Notes: generated by a model from the letters alone, not told the origin. Counted from the first letter of the stretch, positions 44,116-52,564 are shown. The stretch is DNA of 64,000 nucleotides from an uncultured bacterium (GCA_965651925.1 CBFGUK010000005.1:357-64356), one strand, 5' to 3'. Made by a program: numbers and translations.

Positions 44116-44679
44116 ATGACCTGTCGCGACACGCGACCCCTGCTGCCGTTGTTTTTCGACGGCGAGCTGGAAGCGCGCCAGATGCGCGCCGTCGCCCTGC
44201 ACAGTACGCGATGTGCGGAGTGCGAGCACGAGCTGCGCGCGCTCGAGCACCTGCAGGAGGCGCTGAATACGCACGTCGCGTCGCTGGTCGACTCGATCGA
44301 TCTCGACCGCGTCTGGGCCGGCGTGGCGCCGCGGCTGCCCGGTCGCGCCCCCTCGCTCGCCGAGCGCTGGCGCGCGTGGTGGGAGGAGCATCGCAGCAGC
44401 TGGGGCGTCCGCGGCCCGGCGCTGGCGACGCTCGGGGCCGCCATCGCCCTCGCGCTGGTGCTCGTGCCGCGCGGGCCGGACGCGTCCTCGACGGCCGCCG
44501 GTCCGCTCGCCGATGTCGCCAAGATCGACAACTCGGCGAAGCTCGATTCCATGCACAGCAGCGTCGATTCCGTGGCGGTGGTGACCGACGCGGAAACCAA
44601 CACCACGCTGCTGTGGATCATGGACGACACGGCAGGTGCCTTCGAGCACGTCGCCGACGACCTGGAGGCCTACGAGTGA
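44116..44679 (+). CDS. Anti-sigma factor with N-terminal zf-HC2-like motif and one TM helix
   Basis: Contains MTCRDTRPLLPLFFDGELEARQMRAVALHSTRCAECEHEL (H-x3-C-x2-C) and the TM helix LATLGAAIALALVLV. Immediately downstream of the ECF sigma gene. Confidence 0.7.
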   Translation: MTCRDTRPLLPLFFDGELEARQMRAVALHSTRCAECEHELRALEHLQEALNTHVASLVDSIDLDRVWAGVAPRLPGRAPSLAERWRAWWEEHRSSWGVRGPALATLGAAIALALVLVPRGPDASSTAAGPLADVAKIDNSAKLDSMHSSVDSVAVVTDAETNTTLLWIMDDTAGAFEHVADDLEAYE

Positions 44680-45188
44680 TCGGCCGGCTGGTCGTCGCCG
44701 TTGCTGGTTGTATCGCCTATGCGGCGACGGCACAGGCCGATGCGATGCGCGTTCCCGATGAGGGCGTCGAGGTGCGCATCGATACGGTGCTGGCCAGCAA
44801 TTCCGGCACGGTTTTCGATTCCGCGCTGAAGCCGCTCAAACAGCCATTCCGCGGGCTGTTTCCGTACTCGTCGTACCGCCTCATCCAGGGCGAGCGGCGT
44901 CTGGTCGGCTGGAAGCGCGAGGAGCAGTTCCTGCTGCCGGGGCAGCGCTATCTGATCGTCATGCCGCGCGGCATCCAGGGCGATCGCGTGTCGCTGAGCG
45001 TCATGCTGATCCAGGGCACGCGGCCGCTGGTCAATACCGTGCTGTCGCTCAAGAACGACGGCACGTTCCTCGTCGGCGGTCCGAGCTACGGCGACGGCGT
45101 GCTGATCATTGCGATCGGCGCGCGCACCACGGCGCCGACGACGCCGAGCCTGCCGCTGCGACCGGTCGCCGGGCAGACCGACCGCTGA
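44676..45188 (+). CDS. Hypothetical exported (possibly lipo-)protein, third gene of the ECF module
   Basis: GTG 44676 overlaps the anti-sigma TGA (GTGA). N-terminus is VIGRLVVAVAGCIAYAATAQA. I recognise no family. Confidence 0.5.
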   Translation: MIGRLVVAVAGCIAYAATAQADAMRVPDEGVEVRIDTVLASNSGTVFDSALKPLKQPFRGLFPYSSYRLIQGERRLVGWKREEQFLLPGQRYLIVMPRGIQGDRVSLSVMLIQGTRPLVNTVLSLKNDGTFLVGGPSYGDGVLIIAIGARTTAPTTPSLPLRPVAGQTDR

Positions 45189-45266
45189 TCCGGCGCCGCG
45201 TGCGCGGCGCACACCCGGTATCCAGACCGCTGCTCGATGCGGCGCACCGGGGGGCGGTTGCCTCGT

Positions 45267-45749
45267 TCAGGCCGACTCGCCGTCGGGCGACTCCTCCAGC
45301 ACCGTCACGGCGACGTCGGGGATCGACGGCAGGCGCACTCCGGCCGAGCGCGACAGGAGGCGAGAGAGCCAGGAGCGCTTCTCGACCACCAGGATCGCAC
45401 TCGCAATGTCGTGCGCCCGTACGACCCGGGCGCAGACGACATCGGGATCGCCTTCTTCGATCAGCGGCGTGAACGGCACGCCGCGCGCCGCCGCCTGTGT
45501 GCCGACCGCCGCGAGGATCGCCTCCGCCTGGCTGCGCTGTTCGCGCGTCAATACCTCGACGACGCGGTCGCTCACGTGCTCGCCCATGAACGCGCTGTCG
45601 AGGGACGCCGCGACGCGCGCCGTCTCCGCCGGATCGAGCAGCACCAGGCCGACGAGCGTGGCGCCGGTGCGCGCGGCGCGCTCCAGCGCCTCATCGCGCG
45701 CCAGACGCGGCTCGATGCCGGGCGGAATGATCAGCAGCACGTTCCCCAT
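45267..45749 (-). CDS. Universal stress protein (UspA)-like protein
   Basis: 160-aa ORF with an alpha/beta pattern: NVLLIIPPG..., LVGLVLLD..., GDPDVVCARVVRAHDIASAILVV. Assignment made by eye. Confidence 0.55.
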   Translation of the reverse strand: MGNVLLIIPPGIEPRLARDEALERAARTGATLVGLVLLDPAETARVAASLDSAFMGEHVSDRVVEVLTREQRSQAEAILAAVGTQAAARGVPFTPLIEEGDPDVVCARVVRAHDIASAILVVEKRSWLSRLLSRSAGVRLPSIPDVAVTVLEESPDGESA

Positions 45750-45762
45750 CGGACCGCCCTCC

Positions 45763-47202
45763 CTAGAGGCGCACGCCGATTACCGGCCAGAACCAGAACG
45801 CCATCAGGTTGAACACCACGAACGCGATCAGGTTCAGCAGCAGCCCGGGCCATGCCATGTCGCTCAGGCGCAGATAGCCGGAGGAGAACGCGATCGCGTT
45901 TGCCGGCGTGCCGATCGGCAGCATGAACGCCATGCCCGCCGGCACGGCGACGAGCGGCGCCGCGGCCCGGACGTCGAGACCGAACTGCTGCAACACCGCG
46001 ATGGCCATCGGCATGGTGATCGCGACTGCCGCGGAGTTGCTCATCACCTCGGTGAGCACCACGGTCGCGAACGCGATCATGATCACGACCGTCACCGGGC
46101 CGCCCGCCCACTGCGAGATGCTGTTGTCCGCCACCCAGGCGGCCGCCCCGGTGCTGTTCAGCGCCGAGCCGAGACAGATCGCGCCACCGTACATCAGGAT
46201 CAGCCCCCAGTTGACGTAGCGCTCGACATCCCGCCACTGCACGACGCCGAAGGCGAACAGCGCGACGACCGCGGCGAGCGCGATGTTCGCCAGCCCGAAC
46301 TCCTCGCCGAGCACGATCCACGCGAGCACGGTCACCACCATCGCGGTCGCGATCTGCAGCTCCTGCAGCGTCATCCGGCCGGTGCGCTGCAGCCGCTCCT
46401 CGACCGCGCGCGCCGCGGCCGCCGTGTCGTGCAGATCGATCGGGAAGAAGGTCCGCAGCACGGTCCAGCCGACCGCGAACAGCACGAGCGCGAGGGGCAC
46501 GTTCATCGCCGCCCATTCGGCGAACGAGTAGGACTCGCCGGTGACCTCCTTGAGAATGCCGATGGCCAGCGGCGCGCGCGCGCCGCCGAGCATCGTCGCG
46601 ACACCGCCGATCGTCGTGCCCCACGCCATCGCGAGGAAGAGCCCCTTGGCGTAGGTGCTGCGCCCGGGCGGCAGCCGCAGGGCGGCGACGATCTCGACGA
46701 TGATCGGGAAGGTCATCGCCGCGACCGCATGCTCGGACATGAAGAAGGACATCACCCCGTTGAGCAGGAAGACGCCGCCGAGCAGGGTCGATGGCCGGTG
46801 CCCGAAGCGCCGCAGGATGGTCAGCGCGAGCCGTGCCGACAGGCCGGATTTCATCATCGCCGCCGCGAGGATGAACGCGCCGAGGATGAAGAACACCGCC
46901 TCGTTGCCGAAGTTCGCGTACGCCTGCTTCGCGGTCATCGCGCCGGTGAGCGGCAGCAGGATGATCGCGAGCAGGCCGGTGATCATGATCGGCAGGAGCT
47001 CGAAGACCCAGTAGAAGATGCACAGCCCGAACACGGCGAGCGCGTTCTGCGCCGCGGTATCGAGCCCGTCCGGCTGCGGCAGCGAGCGGATCAGGGAGAA
47101 CACGCCGAGGCCGGCGAGCAGCATGACCAGCCGCCGGCTGCGCGCGAGGACGATGATCCACAGGGGCCGGGTGTCGATCTCGACGCGCGGGGCCGCGGGC
47201 AT
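45763..47202 (-). CDS. DASS / SLC13 family anion:sodium symporter
   Basis: 479-aa polytopic ORF. Contains FYWVFELLPIMITGLLAIILLPLTG and two SNSA/TPAN-type hairpin motifs (EVMSNSAAVAI, LPIGTPANAIAF). Confidence 0.85.
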   Translation of the reverse strand: MPAAPRVEIDTRPLWIIVLARSRRLVMLLAGLGVFSLIRSLPQPDGLDTAAQNALAVFGLCIFYWVFELLPIMITGLLAIILLPLTGAMTAKQAYANFGNEAVFFILGAFILAAAMMKSGLSARLALTILRRFGHRPSTLLGGVFLLNGVMSFFMSEHAVAAMTFPIIVEIVAALRLPPGRSTYAKGLFLAMAWGTTIGGVATMLGGARAPLAIGILKEVTGESYSFAEWAAMNVPLALVLFAVGWTVLRTFFPIDLHDTAAAARAVEERLQRTGRMTLQELQIATAMVVTVLAWIVLGEEFGLANIALAAVVALFAFGVVQWRDVERYVNWGLILMYGGAICLGSALNSTGAAAWVADNSISQWAGGPVTVVIMIAFATVVLTEVMSNSAAVAITMPMAIAVLQQFGLDVRAAAPLVAVPAGMAFMLPIGTPANAIAFSSGYLRLSDMAWPGLLLNLIAFVVFNLMAFWFWPVIGVRL

Positions 47203-47327
47203 TGGGCGTGTGAGCTAGCAGGAAAGGACCGGGGCGGGAAACGGAACCGCCGCGTGTGGCGGATGCCTCGTGGACTCGGAACGGATGCGATCGTGGCGAG
47301 TCGCGTCAGCCGCGGATGCCGCGACGC

Positions 47328-48551
47328 TCACAGGTGCGACGAATCGAACGAGTCACTGACCTGGCGCACGCGCAGCCGGCGGCGCAATCGCGACAGATTG
47401 CGCGCCGCGAGCGCGCCGAGCCGCGAGCGATAGAACTGGCCCATGCCGATCGACGCCCGCGCGTCGTCGCCGGCGAAGAAGCGCGCCTCGATCGGCGTCA
47501 CGGCGAAGCTCAGGTCGCGCACCCAGTGCATGTTGATGCGGGCATCGCGCACGGCACGGAACAGATGCGCGAAGATCGGCGCGACGGCCGCGGCATCCGG
47601 CAGCGGATGGTCGCGCAGGCGGGTGTCGACGAGCGGGCGGAACAGCGACAGCACCGGCAGCACGCCGAGACCGACGAGCGTGTCGATGCCGGCGATCGTC
47701 GATTCCGGCGCCTCGAGGCCGACGATCAGATCGCTCCACACCGTGCCGCTCGGGAACACCGTCGCGGCATGCGCGAGCGCCTCGTAGTACCGGTCGCGGC
47801 CGACCTCCCGTACCCGACCCGGGCACAGCTCGGCGAGCCGCTGCGGATCGTGGATCTCGACCGCGTAGCTGAGCGCGTCGACGCCCATGGCGTACGTGCG
47901 GTCGATCCAGAAGTCGTCGCGCGGCGGCTGCAGCTGCACGGCGACGAGCGTGTCGAAGTGGCGCTTGATGGCGCGGACGTACGGCTCGAGGAACTCGACG
48001 CCGGCATCGTCGCCGGCATGCTGGCCGATGTGGAGATAGACGAATTCGACCGCGCCCTCGGCGAACGCCGCGCGCACGGTGTCGACCACGTCGGCCACCG
48101 CCAGCGGCTCGACCCGATCGGGGGCGCGCGACGGCAGGTCGCAGAAGTCGCACGCGAGCCCGCGCGGTACGAACGCACAGCCGGCCGCCGGATTGATCGC
48201 CAGATAGCCGCCGTACGCGGAGCCGACGCGCCACATCGGCAGACCCGAGCGGGTCGTCTGGCGGTAGAAGCGCGGCGGCGGCACGATGCGCACCTCGCAG
48301 CGCTGCGCCTCGCTGGCGAGCACGAAGGTCGCGCCCTCGGCGCGCAGCTCGTACGGCGAGGCGTCGGTGAAGGCCTGGCCCGCCGGCACGCTGACCCAGA
48401 CGTCCTCGGGCAGCACGATCTCGAGATTGTGTGCCGTGTAGTCCTGGTCGACGGTCAGGGCAGCGATGTCCGGATGATCGCAGACCCCGGCGCCGAGGCG
48501 CGCGCCGCGGATCGCGAGGTCGAACTTGAGGAATCCCGGATTGGGGGTCAT
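47328..48551 (-). CDS. Uncharacterised protein, possibly a radical-SAM-like Fe-S enzyme with non-canonical CX8CX2C motif
   Basis: ATG 48551 overlaps the upstream TGA (ATGA), inside ORF 47328..49067. 407 aa with a beta-rich N-terminal segment of about 95 aa, then YLAINPAAGCAFVPRGLACDFCDLP. The rest looks like an alpha/beta barrel by eye. It is clearly coding; its function is unknown. Confidence 0.5.
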   Translation of the reverse strand: MTPNPGFLKFDLAIRGARLGAGVCDHPDIAALTVDQDYTAHNLEIVLPEDVWVSVPAGQAFTDASPYELRAEGATFVLASEAQRCEVRIVPPPRFYRQTTRSGLPMWRVGSAYGGYLAINPAAGCAFVPRGLACDFCDLPSRAPDRVEPLAVADVVDTVRAAFAEGAVEFVYLHIGQHAGDDAGVEFLEPYVRAIKRHFDTLVAVQLQPPRDDFWIDRTYAMGVDALSYAVEIHDPQRLAELCPGRVREVGRDRYYEALAHAATVFPSGTVWSDLIVGLEAPESTIAGIDTLVGLGVLPVLSLFRPLVDTRLRDHPLPDAAAVAPIFAHLFRAVRDARINMHWVRDLSFAVTPIEARFFAGDDARASIGMGQFYRSRLGALAARNLSRLRRRLRVRQVSDSFDSSHL

Positions 48552-49219
48552 GCGGCGGGCGGTCCCGGATTGCAGAGCGGGCACGCCGGCCGCGACGGCG
48601 CCATGACCGGCGTCAGCGCCGCGGTCGCGGCATCGAAGCCGAACGTCATCGGGCGTCGCGCGCCGGGCCGATCGAGCGCGATGCCGACCGCCGCGAACGC
48701 CAGCAACGAGCCGAGCACGGTCGCGCTGAGGACCGCAAACGCCTCGTCGCCGCGATCCGGAGTCGCGGGACGGGACACCGACGCACAGAGCGCGCAGGGA
48801 CCGGTGCCGTCGTCGACGTGCAGCCAGCCGCCCGTCGCCGTGACGGCAGCGGCGACCAGCGGCACGCGGGCGGCTCGCATGCTGGCGGCGAGCGTCTCGA
48901 GTGCGGCCGGGTCGAGCCCGGCGGCGAGTGCCGCGGCGATCGAGGCCGCCGCAGCGCCCGCCGGTACCGCATCCACCGGTTGCAGGTCGATCGTCGAGTT
49001 CAGGGCGCGCAGCGAGGCAACGAGCGCGCCGGCATCGGTTGCCAGCCGGAGGTGGCCGATGCCGCATCCGGCGAGCGCGCGGCCGGTCACCTGCGCCAGC
49101 GTGCCGGCGCCGGCGAGCACGACCGTCGCCTCCGCGAGTCGCTCCTGACCGGTGCCGCCGATCTCGGGCAGGATGATCTGGCGGCTGTACCGCTCGATCT
49201 GCGCGTCGGTGAGCGCCAT
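48548..49219 (-). CDS. Degenerate ThiF/MoeB (E1-like) family protein retaining the N-terminal RYSRQ motif
   Basis: ATG 49219 inside ORF 48548..50017; 223 aa. Contains MALTDAQIERYSRQIILPEIGGTGQERLAEATVVLAGAGTLAQ and two CxxC pairs (CALC, CPLC). The SNLxRQ and D-x-T-D-N adenylation motifs are not recognisable. Confidence 0.65.
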   Translation of the reverse strand: MALTDAQIERYSRQIILPEIGGTGQERLAEATVVLAGAGTLAQVTGRALAGCGIGHLRLATDAGALVASLRALNSTIDLQPVDAVPAGAAAASIAAALAAGLDPAALETLAASMRAARVPLVAAAVTATGGWLHVDDGTGPCALCASVSRPATPDRGDEAFAVLSATVLGSLLAFAAVGIALDRPGARRPMTFGFDAATAALTPVMAPSRPACPLCNPGPPAA

Positions 49220-49227
49220 GCGCGTCG

Positions 49228-50214
49228 TCAGCCGCGTGGATGCCGCTGCTGCCACTCGCGCCACCCGGCCCAGAGATTCGTGCTCAGGTAGCGGTCGCCG
49301 AAATCGGGGAAGATCATCACCACCACGCCCGTCGCGAGGTCGCGCGCCACCCGACGCGCCGCGTACAGCGCCGCTCCCGAGGACTGGCCGACGATCAGGC
49401 CGAAGCGCGCCCCGAGCTCGTAGACGAGATCGTACGCGACGTCGGTAGGGACCGGGATTTTCGCGTCGAGCTCTTCCTCCTTGTAGATGCCGGGCACGAT
49501 CGAGCTCGCCATGTGCTTGAGCCCCTCGAGCCCGTGCAGCGCATCGTCCGGTTCGGCGGCGATCACCTGCACGCGCGGATTGCGCTGCTTGAGATAGCGG
49601 CCGGTGCCCATGATCGTGCCGCCGGTGCCGATGCCGGCGACGAAGTGCGTGACGCGGCCGCCGGTCGCCTCCCAGATTTCGGGTCCGGTACTCTCGAAGT
49701 GCGCCTGCGGATTCAGCGGGTTGAAGTACTGATCGGGCTTGAAGTAGCGCTCCGGCTGCTCGGCGAGCAGCGTGCGGCACAGGAGAATCGCGCCGTCGGA
49801 GCCTTCGAGGCCGCTGCTGTAGACGATCTCGGCGCCGAACGCGCTGATGATCCGCTTGCGCTCCTCGCTGACGTTCGCCGGCATCACCAGCGTCACCGGA
49901 TAGCCGAGCGCCGCGCCGATCATCGCCAGCGCAATGCCGGTGTTGCCCGAGGTCGAATCGATGATCGTCTTCCCGGGCCGCAGTGCGCCGGTGGCGAGGC
50001 CGTGGCGCACCATCCACAGCGCCGCGCGATCCTTCACCGAGCCGCCGGGATTGAATCCTTCGAGCTTCGCGTACAGCCGCACGCTCGACGCGAGATCGGG
50101 CGCGATCGCCGAGATGTCGAGCAGCGGCGTGCGGCCGACCAGGTCGAGAATCGACCGGGCGCGGCCGCCGGGGTCGGCGGGCGACACCGTCGCGGTGGCG
50201 CCGGGAACGGGCAT
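49228..50214 (-). CDS. Cysteine synthase B (CysM)-like PLP-dependent sulfhydrylase
   Basis: ORF 49228..50235 (TTG); ATG 50214 is preferred. Contains GRTPLLDI, KLEGFNPGGSVKDRAA (PLP lysine), DSTSGNTGIALA and GIGTGGTIMG. Confidence 0.85.
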   Translation of the reverse strand: MPVPGATATVSPADPGGRARSILDLVGRTPLLDISAIAPDLASSVRLYAKLEGFNPGGSVKDRAALWMVRHGLATGALRPGKTIIDSTSGNTGIALAMIGAALGYPVTLVMPANVSEERKRIISAFGAEIVYSSGLEGSDGAILLCRTLLAEQPERYFKPDQYFNPLNPQAHFESTGPEIWEATGGRVTHFVAGIGTGGTIMGTGRYLKQRNPRVQVIAAEPDDALHGLEGLKHMASSIVPGIYKEEELDAKIPVPTDVAYDLVYELGARFGLIVGQSSGAALYAARRVARDLATGVVVMIFPDFGDRYLSTNLWAGWREWQQRHPRG

Positions 50215-50221
50215 GGACCGC

Positions 50222-50497
50222 TCAGCCGCCCGCAATCGCCGGGACGATCGACAGCTCGTCGCCGTCCTTGACCGCGGTCTCGAGGTTGCTGAGAAAGCGG
50301 ATGTCGTCGCCGTTCAGGTAGATGTTGACGAAGCGGCGCACGCGGCCCTCGTCGTCGCAGAGCCGTTCCTTGATGCCGGCAAACTGGCGCTCGAGGTCGT
50401 CGACGACGGCGGCCACGGTGGAGCCGGCGGCGCCGACCTCCTCGGCACCGCCGGTGAAGCGACGCAGCGGCGTCGGGATGCGAACTTTTGCGGGCAT
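50222..50497 (-). CDS. MoaD/ThiS/CysO-like sulfur-carrier protein ending in Gly-Gly
   Basis: ATG 50497 with GGGGAGGA 8 nt upstream, inside ORF 50222..50530. 91 aa: MPAKVRIPTPLRRFTGGAEEVGAAG...NGDDIRFLSNLETAVKDGDELSIVPAIAGG followed directly by the stop. Confidence 0.8.
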   Translation of the reverse strand: MPAKVRIPTPLRRFTGGAEEVGAAGSTVAAVVDDLERQFAGIKERLCDDEGRVRRFVNIYLNGDDIRFLSNLETAVKDGDELSIVPAIAGG

Positions 50498-50526
50498 GCT
50501 GACTGTCCTCCCCTCGGTGGAACTGC

Positions 50527-51789
50527 TCACTCGGCCGCGGCGGCGCGGCGCGCCGCCGGAACGAGCGAGTCGTAAAGCCTGTCGAAATCCTGCAGCCGCG
50601 CGTCGATGACCGTCGGCTGCGCGACGCTCGCGCGCACCGCCTCGAGTGTCTTGTAGCCGTTGCCGGTGATGCAGATGACGATCGATTCGTCGCGCGGAAT
50701 GCGGCCCTGATCAATCAGTTTTTTCGTCACGGCGACGGTGGTGCCGCCGGCCGGCTCGGTGAAAATGCCCTCGGTGCGCGCCAGCAGGTGGAGCGCCTCG
50801 ACGATCTCGGCGTCGCTGGCCGCCTCGCCCCAGCCGCCGCTGCCCCGCACGGTACGCAGCACGTCGTAGCCGTCGGCGGGGTTGCCAATCGCGATCGAGC
50901 TCGCGATCGTGTCGGGCTTCACCGGCTCGATGACGTCGGTGCCGCGATGCAGCGCCTGTACGACCGGCGCGCAGCCCGCTGCCTGCGCCGTGTGGATCGC
51001 CGGCGACGGCGCGTCGAGCAGGCCGACGAGGCGCAGCTCGTCGAATGCCCGGGCGATCTTCGGCAGGAGCGTGCCGCCGGCGGTGGGCACGACGATGTGC
51101 CGCGGCGGCGTCCAGCCGAGCTGCTCGGCGATCTCGAAGCCGCAGGTCTTCGCACCTTCGGTGTAGTACGGGCGCAGATTGATGTTGACGAACGCCCAGC
51201 GGTACTTGTCCGCGATCTCGCTGCACAGGCGGTTGACGTCGTCGTAGTTGCCGCGCACCGCCACGGTGTGCGGCCCGTAGATGGCCGAGCCGAGGATCTT
51301 TCCCTGCTCGAGGTCGTCGGGGATGAAGATGACGCAGGGGAGCCCGGCTCGCGCCGCGTGCGCCGAGACGCTGTTGGCGAGGTTGCCGGTGGAGGCGCAC
51401 GACACGGTGGTGAAGTCGAGCTCCATCGCGGCGGAGATGGCGACCGAGACGACGCGGTCCTTGTACGAGAACGTCGGGTGGTTGACCGAGTCGTCCTTGA
51501 CCCAGACCTCGCGCGCTCCCAGCGCCGCGGCGAGCCGCTCGGCTCTCACCAGCGGCGTGCAGCCCGAGTGCGGACCGACGCGCGGTTCGCGCGTCACGGG
51601 CAGCAGCTCGCGATAGCGCCAGAGATTGCGCGGCCGGGCGGCGATCGCCGCGCGCGTCAGCGCGCGCGCGATCGCCGGGTAATCATAGACCACCTCCAGC
51701 GGTCCGAAGCACTGTTCGCAGACGTGCAGCGGCTCGCGCGCGTATTCGGCACCGCACTCGCGGCAGCGCAGCCCCTCGACGTGGCCCAT
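50527..51789 (-). CDS. Threonine-synthase-like PLP enzyme with N-terminal zinc ribbon
   Basis: ATG 51789 with AGGGGA upstream. Contains LRCRECGAEYAREPLHVCEQCFG, HPTFSYKDRVVSV (PLP lysine), SCASTGNLANS and NINLRPYYTEG. Confidence 0.85.
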   Translation of the reverse strand: MGHVEGLRCRECGAEYAREPLHVCEQCFGPLEVVYDYPAIARALTRAAIAARPRNLWRYRELLPVTREPRVGPHSGCTPLVRAERLAAALGAREVWVKDDSVNHPTFSYKDRVVSVAISAAMELDFTTVSCASTGNLANSVSAHAARAGLPCVIFIPDDLEQGKILGSAIYGPHTVAVRGNYDDVNRLCSEIADKYRWAFVNINLRPYYTEGAKTCGFEIAEQLGWTPPRHIVVPTAGGTLLPKIARAFDELRLVGLLDAPSPAIHTAQAAGCAPVVQALHRGTDVIEPVKPDTIASSIAIGNPADGYDVLRTVRGSGGWGEAASDAEIVEALHLLARTEGIFTEPAGGTTVAVTKKLIDQGRIPRDESIVICITGNGYKTLEAVRASVAQPTVIDARLQDFDRLYDSLVPAARRAAAAE

Positions 51790-51801
51790 CAACTGTCCCC
51801 T

Positions 51802-52548
51802 CTATCGCGCTGGTCCCGCGGCATCCAGCCGCCCGGCGGCCGGGCGGCCGGCGCACGCCGGGCAGCGCGGATTGCGCGCCAGGCGCACCTGGCGCCAGCG
51901 GCCGGAGAGCAGATCGACGGTCAGCAGGCGATCGGTCAGCGGGCGGCCGCGACCGGTGAGCTGCTTGATGGCTTCGCCGGCCTGCACCGCACCGATGACG
52001 CCGGCAATGGCACCGATGACCCCGGCGGTCTGGCACGTCGGGAGGCCATCGGCGGGCGGCGCCTCGGGAAACAGGCAGCGATAGCAGGCGCTGGTGCCCG
52101 GGACGACGGTCAGCGTCTGGCCGAGGAAACCGAGGATGCCGGCATGCGAGTACGGCCGCCCGAACGCCACCGCGCCGTCGTTGATCAGGAACTTGGTCGC
52201 CACGTCGTCGGTGGCGTCGATGACGAAGTCGCTGGTGAACACGTCCGCCAGGTTGGCAGCGGTGAGGCGTTCCACCCGCGCGATGAGCTCCAGACCGGGG
52301 TGCGCGTCACGCAGCGCGGAGGCCGCGGCGAGCACCTTCGGCAGGCCGAGGTCGTCCTCGCGGTAGAGCGGCTGCCGTGGCAGGTTCGAGAGCTCGACGA
52401 CATCGGAGTCGAGCAGGATCAGCGTGCCGACGCCGGCGGCGGCGAGCACCGGCGCGGCGGCACAGCCCAGCGCACCCATGCCGATCACCGCGATGCGCGC
52501 GTCCGCCAGGTCGCGCCCGGCGGCGTTCCGTTTCCCATCGGCAGCCAT
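51802..52548 (-). CDS. ThiF/MoeB-type E1-like adenylyltransferase lacking the N-terminal RYxRQ segment and lacking a rhodanese domain
   Basis: ATG 52548; the longer ORF to 52605 would run through the riboswitch terminator. Contains ARIAVIGMGALGCAAAPVLAAAGVG, LLDSDVVELSNLPRQ, FVIDATDDVATKFLIND and the CYRC...CPAC zinc motifs. Confidence 0.85.
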   Translation of the reverse strand: MAADGKRNAAGRDLADARIAVIGMGALGCAAAPVLAAAGVGTLILLDSDVVELSNLPRQPLYREDDLGLPKVLAAASALRDAHPGLELIARVERLTAANLADVFTSDFVIDATDDVATKFLINDGAVAFGRPYSHAGILGFLGQTLTVVPGTSACYRCLFPEAPPADGLPTCQTAGVIGAIAGVIGAVQAGEAIKQLTGRGRPLTDRLLTVDLLSGRWRQVRLARNPRCPACAGRPAAGRLDAAGPAR

Positions 52549-52564
52549 GCTCGCTCGCGTCAGA

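Noticed and set aside
45109-47433. 774-aa plus-strand ORF, and the 476-aa minus ORF at 45731..47161
   Set aside because: They overlap the USP-like and DASS transporter genes. The DASS frame (45763..47202) has clear polytopic transporter motifs; the alternatives are Arg/Asp/His-rich junk.
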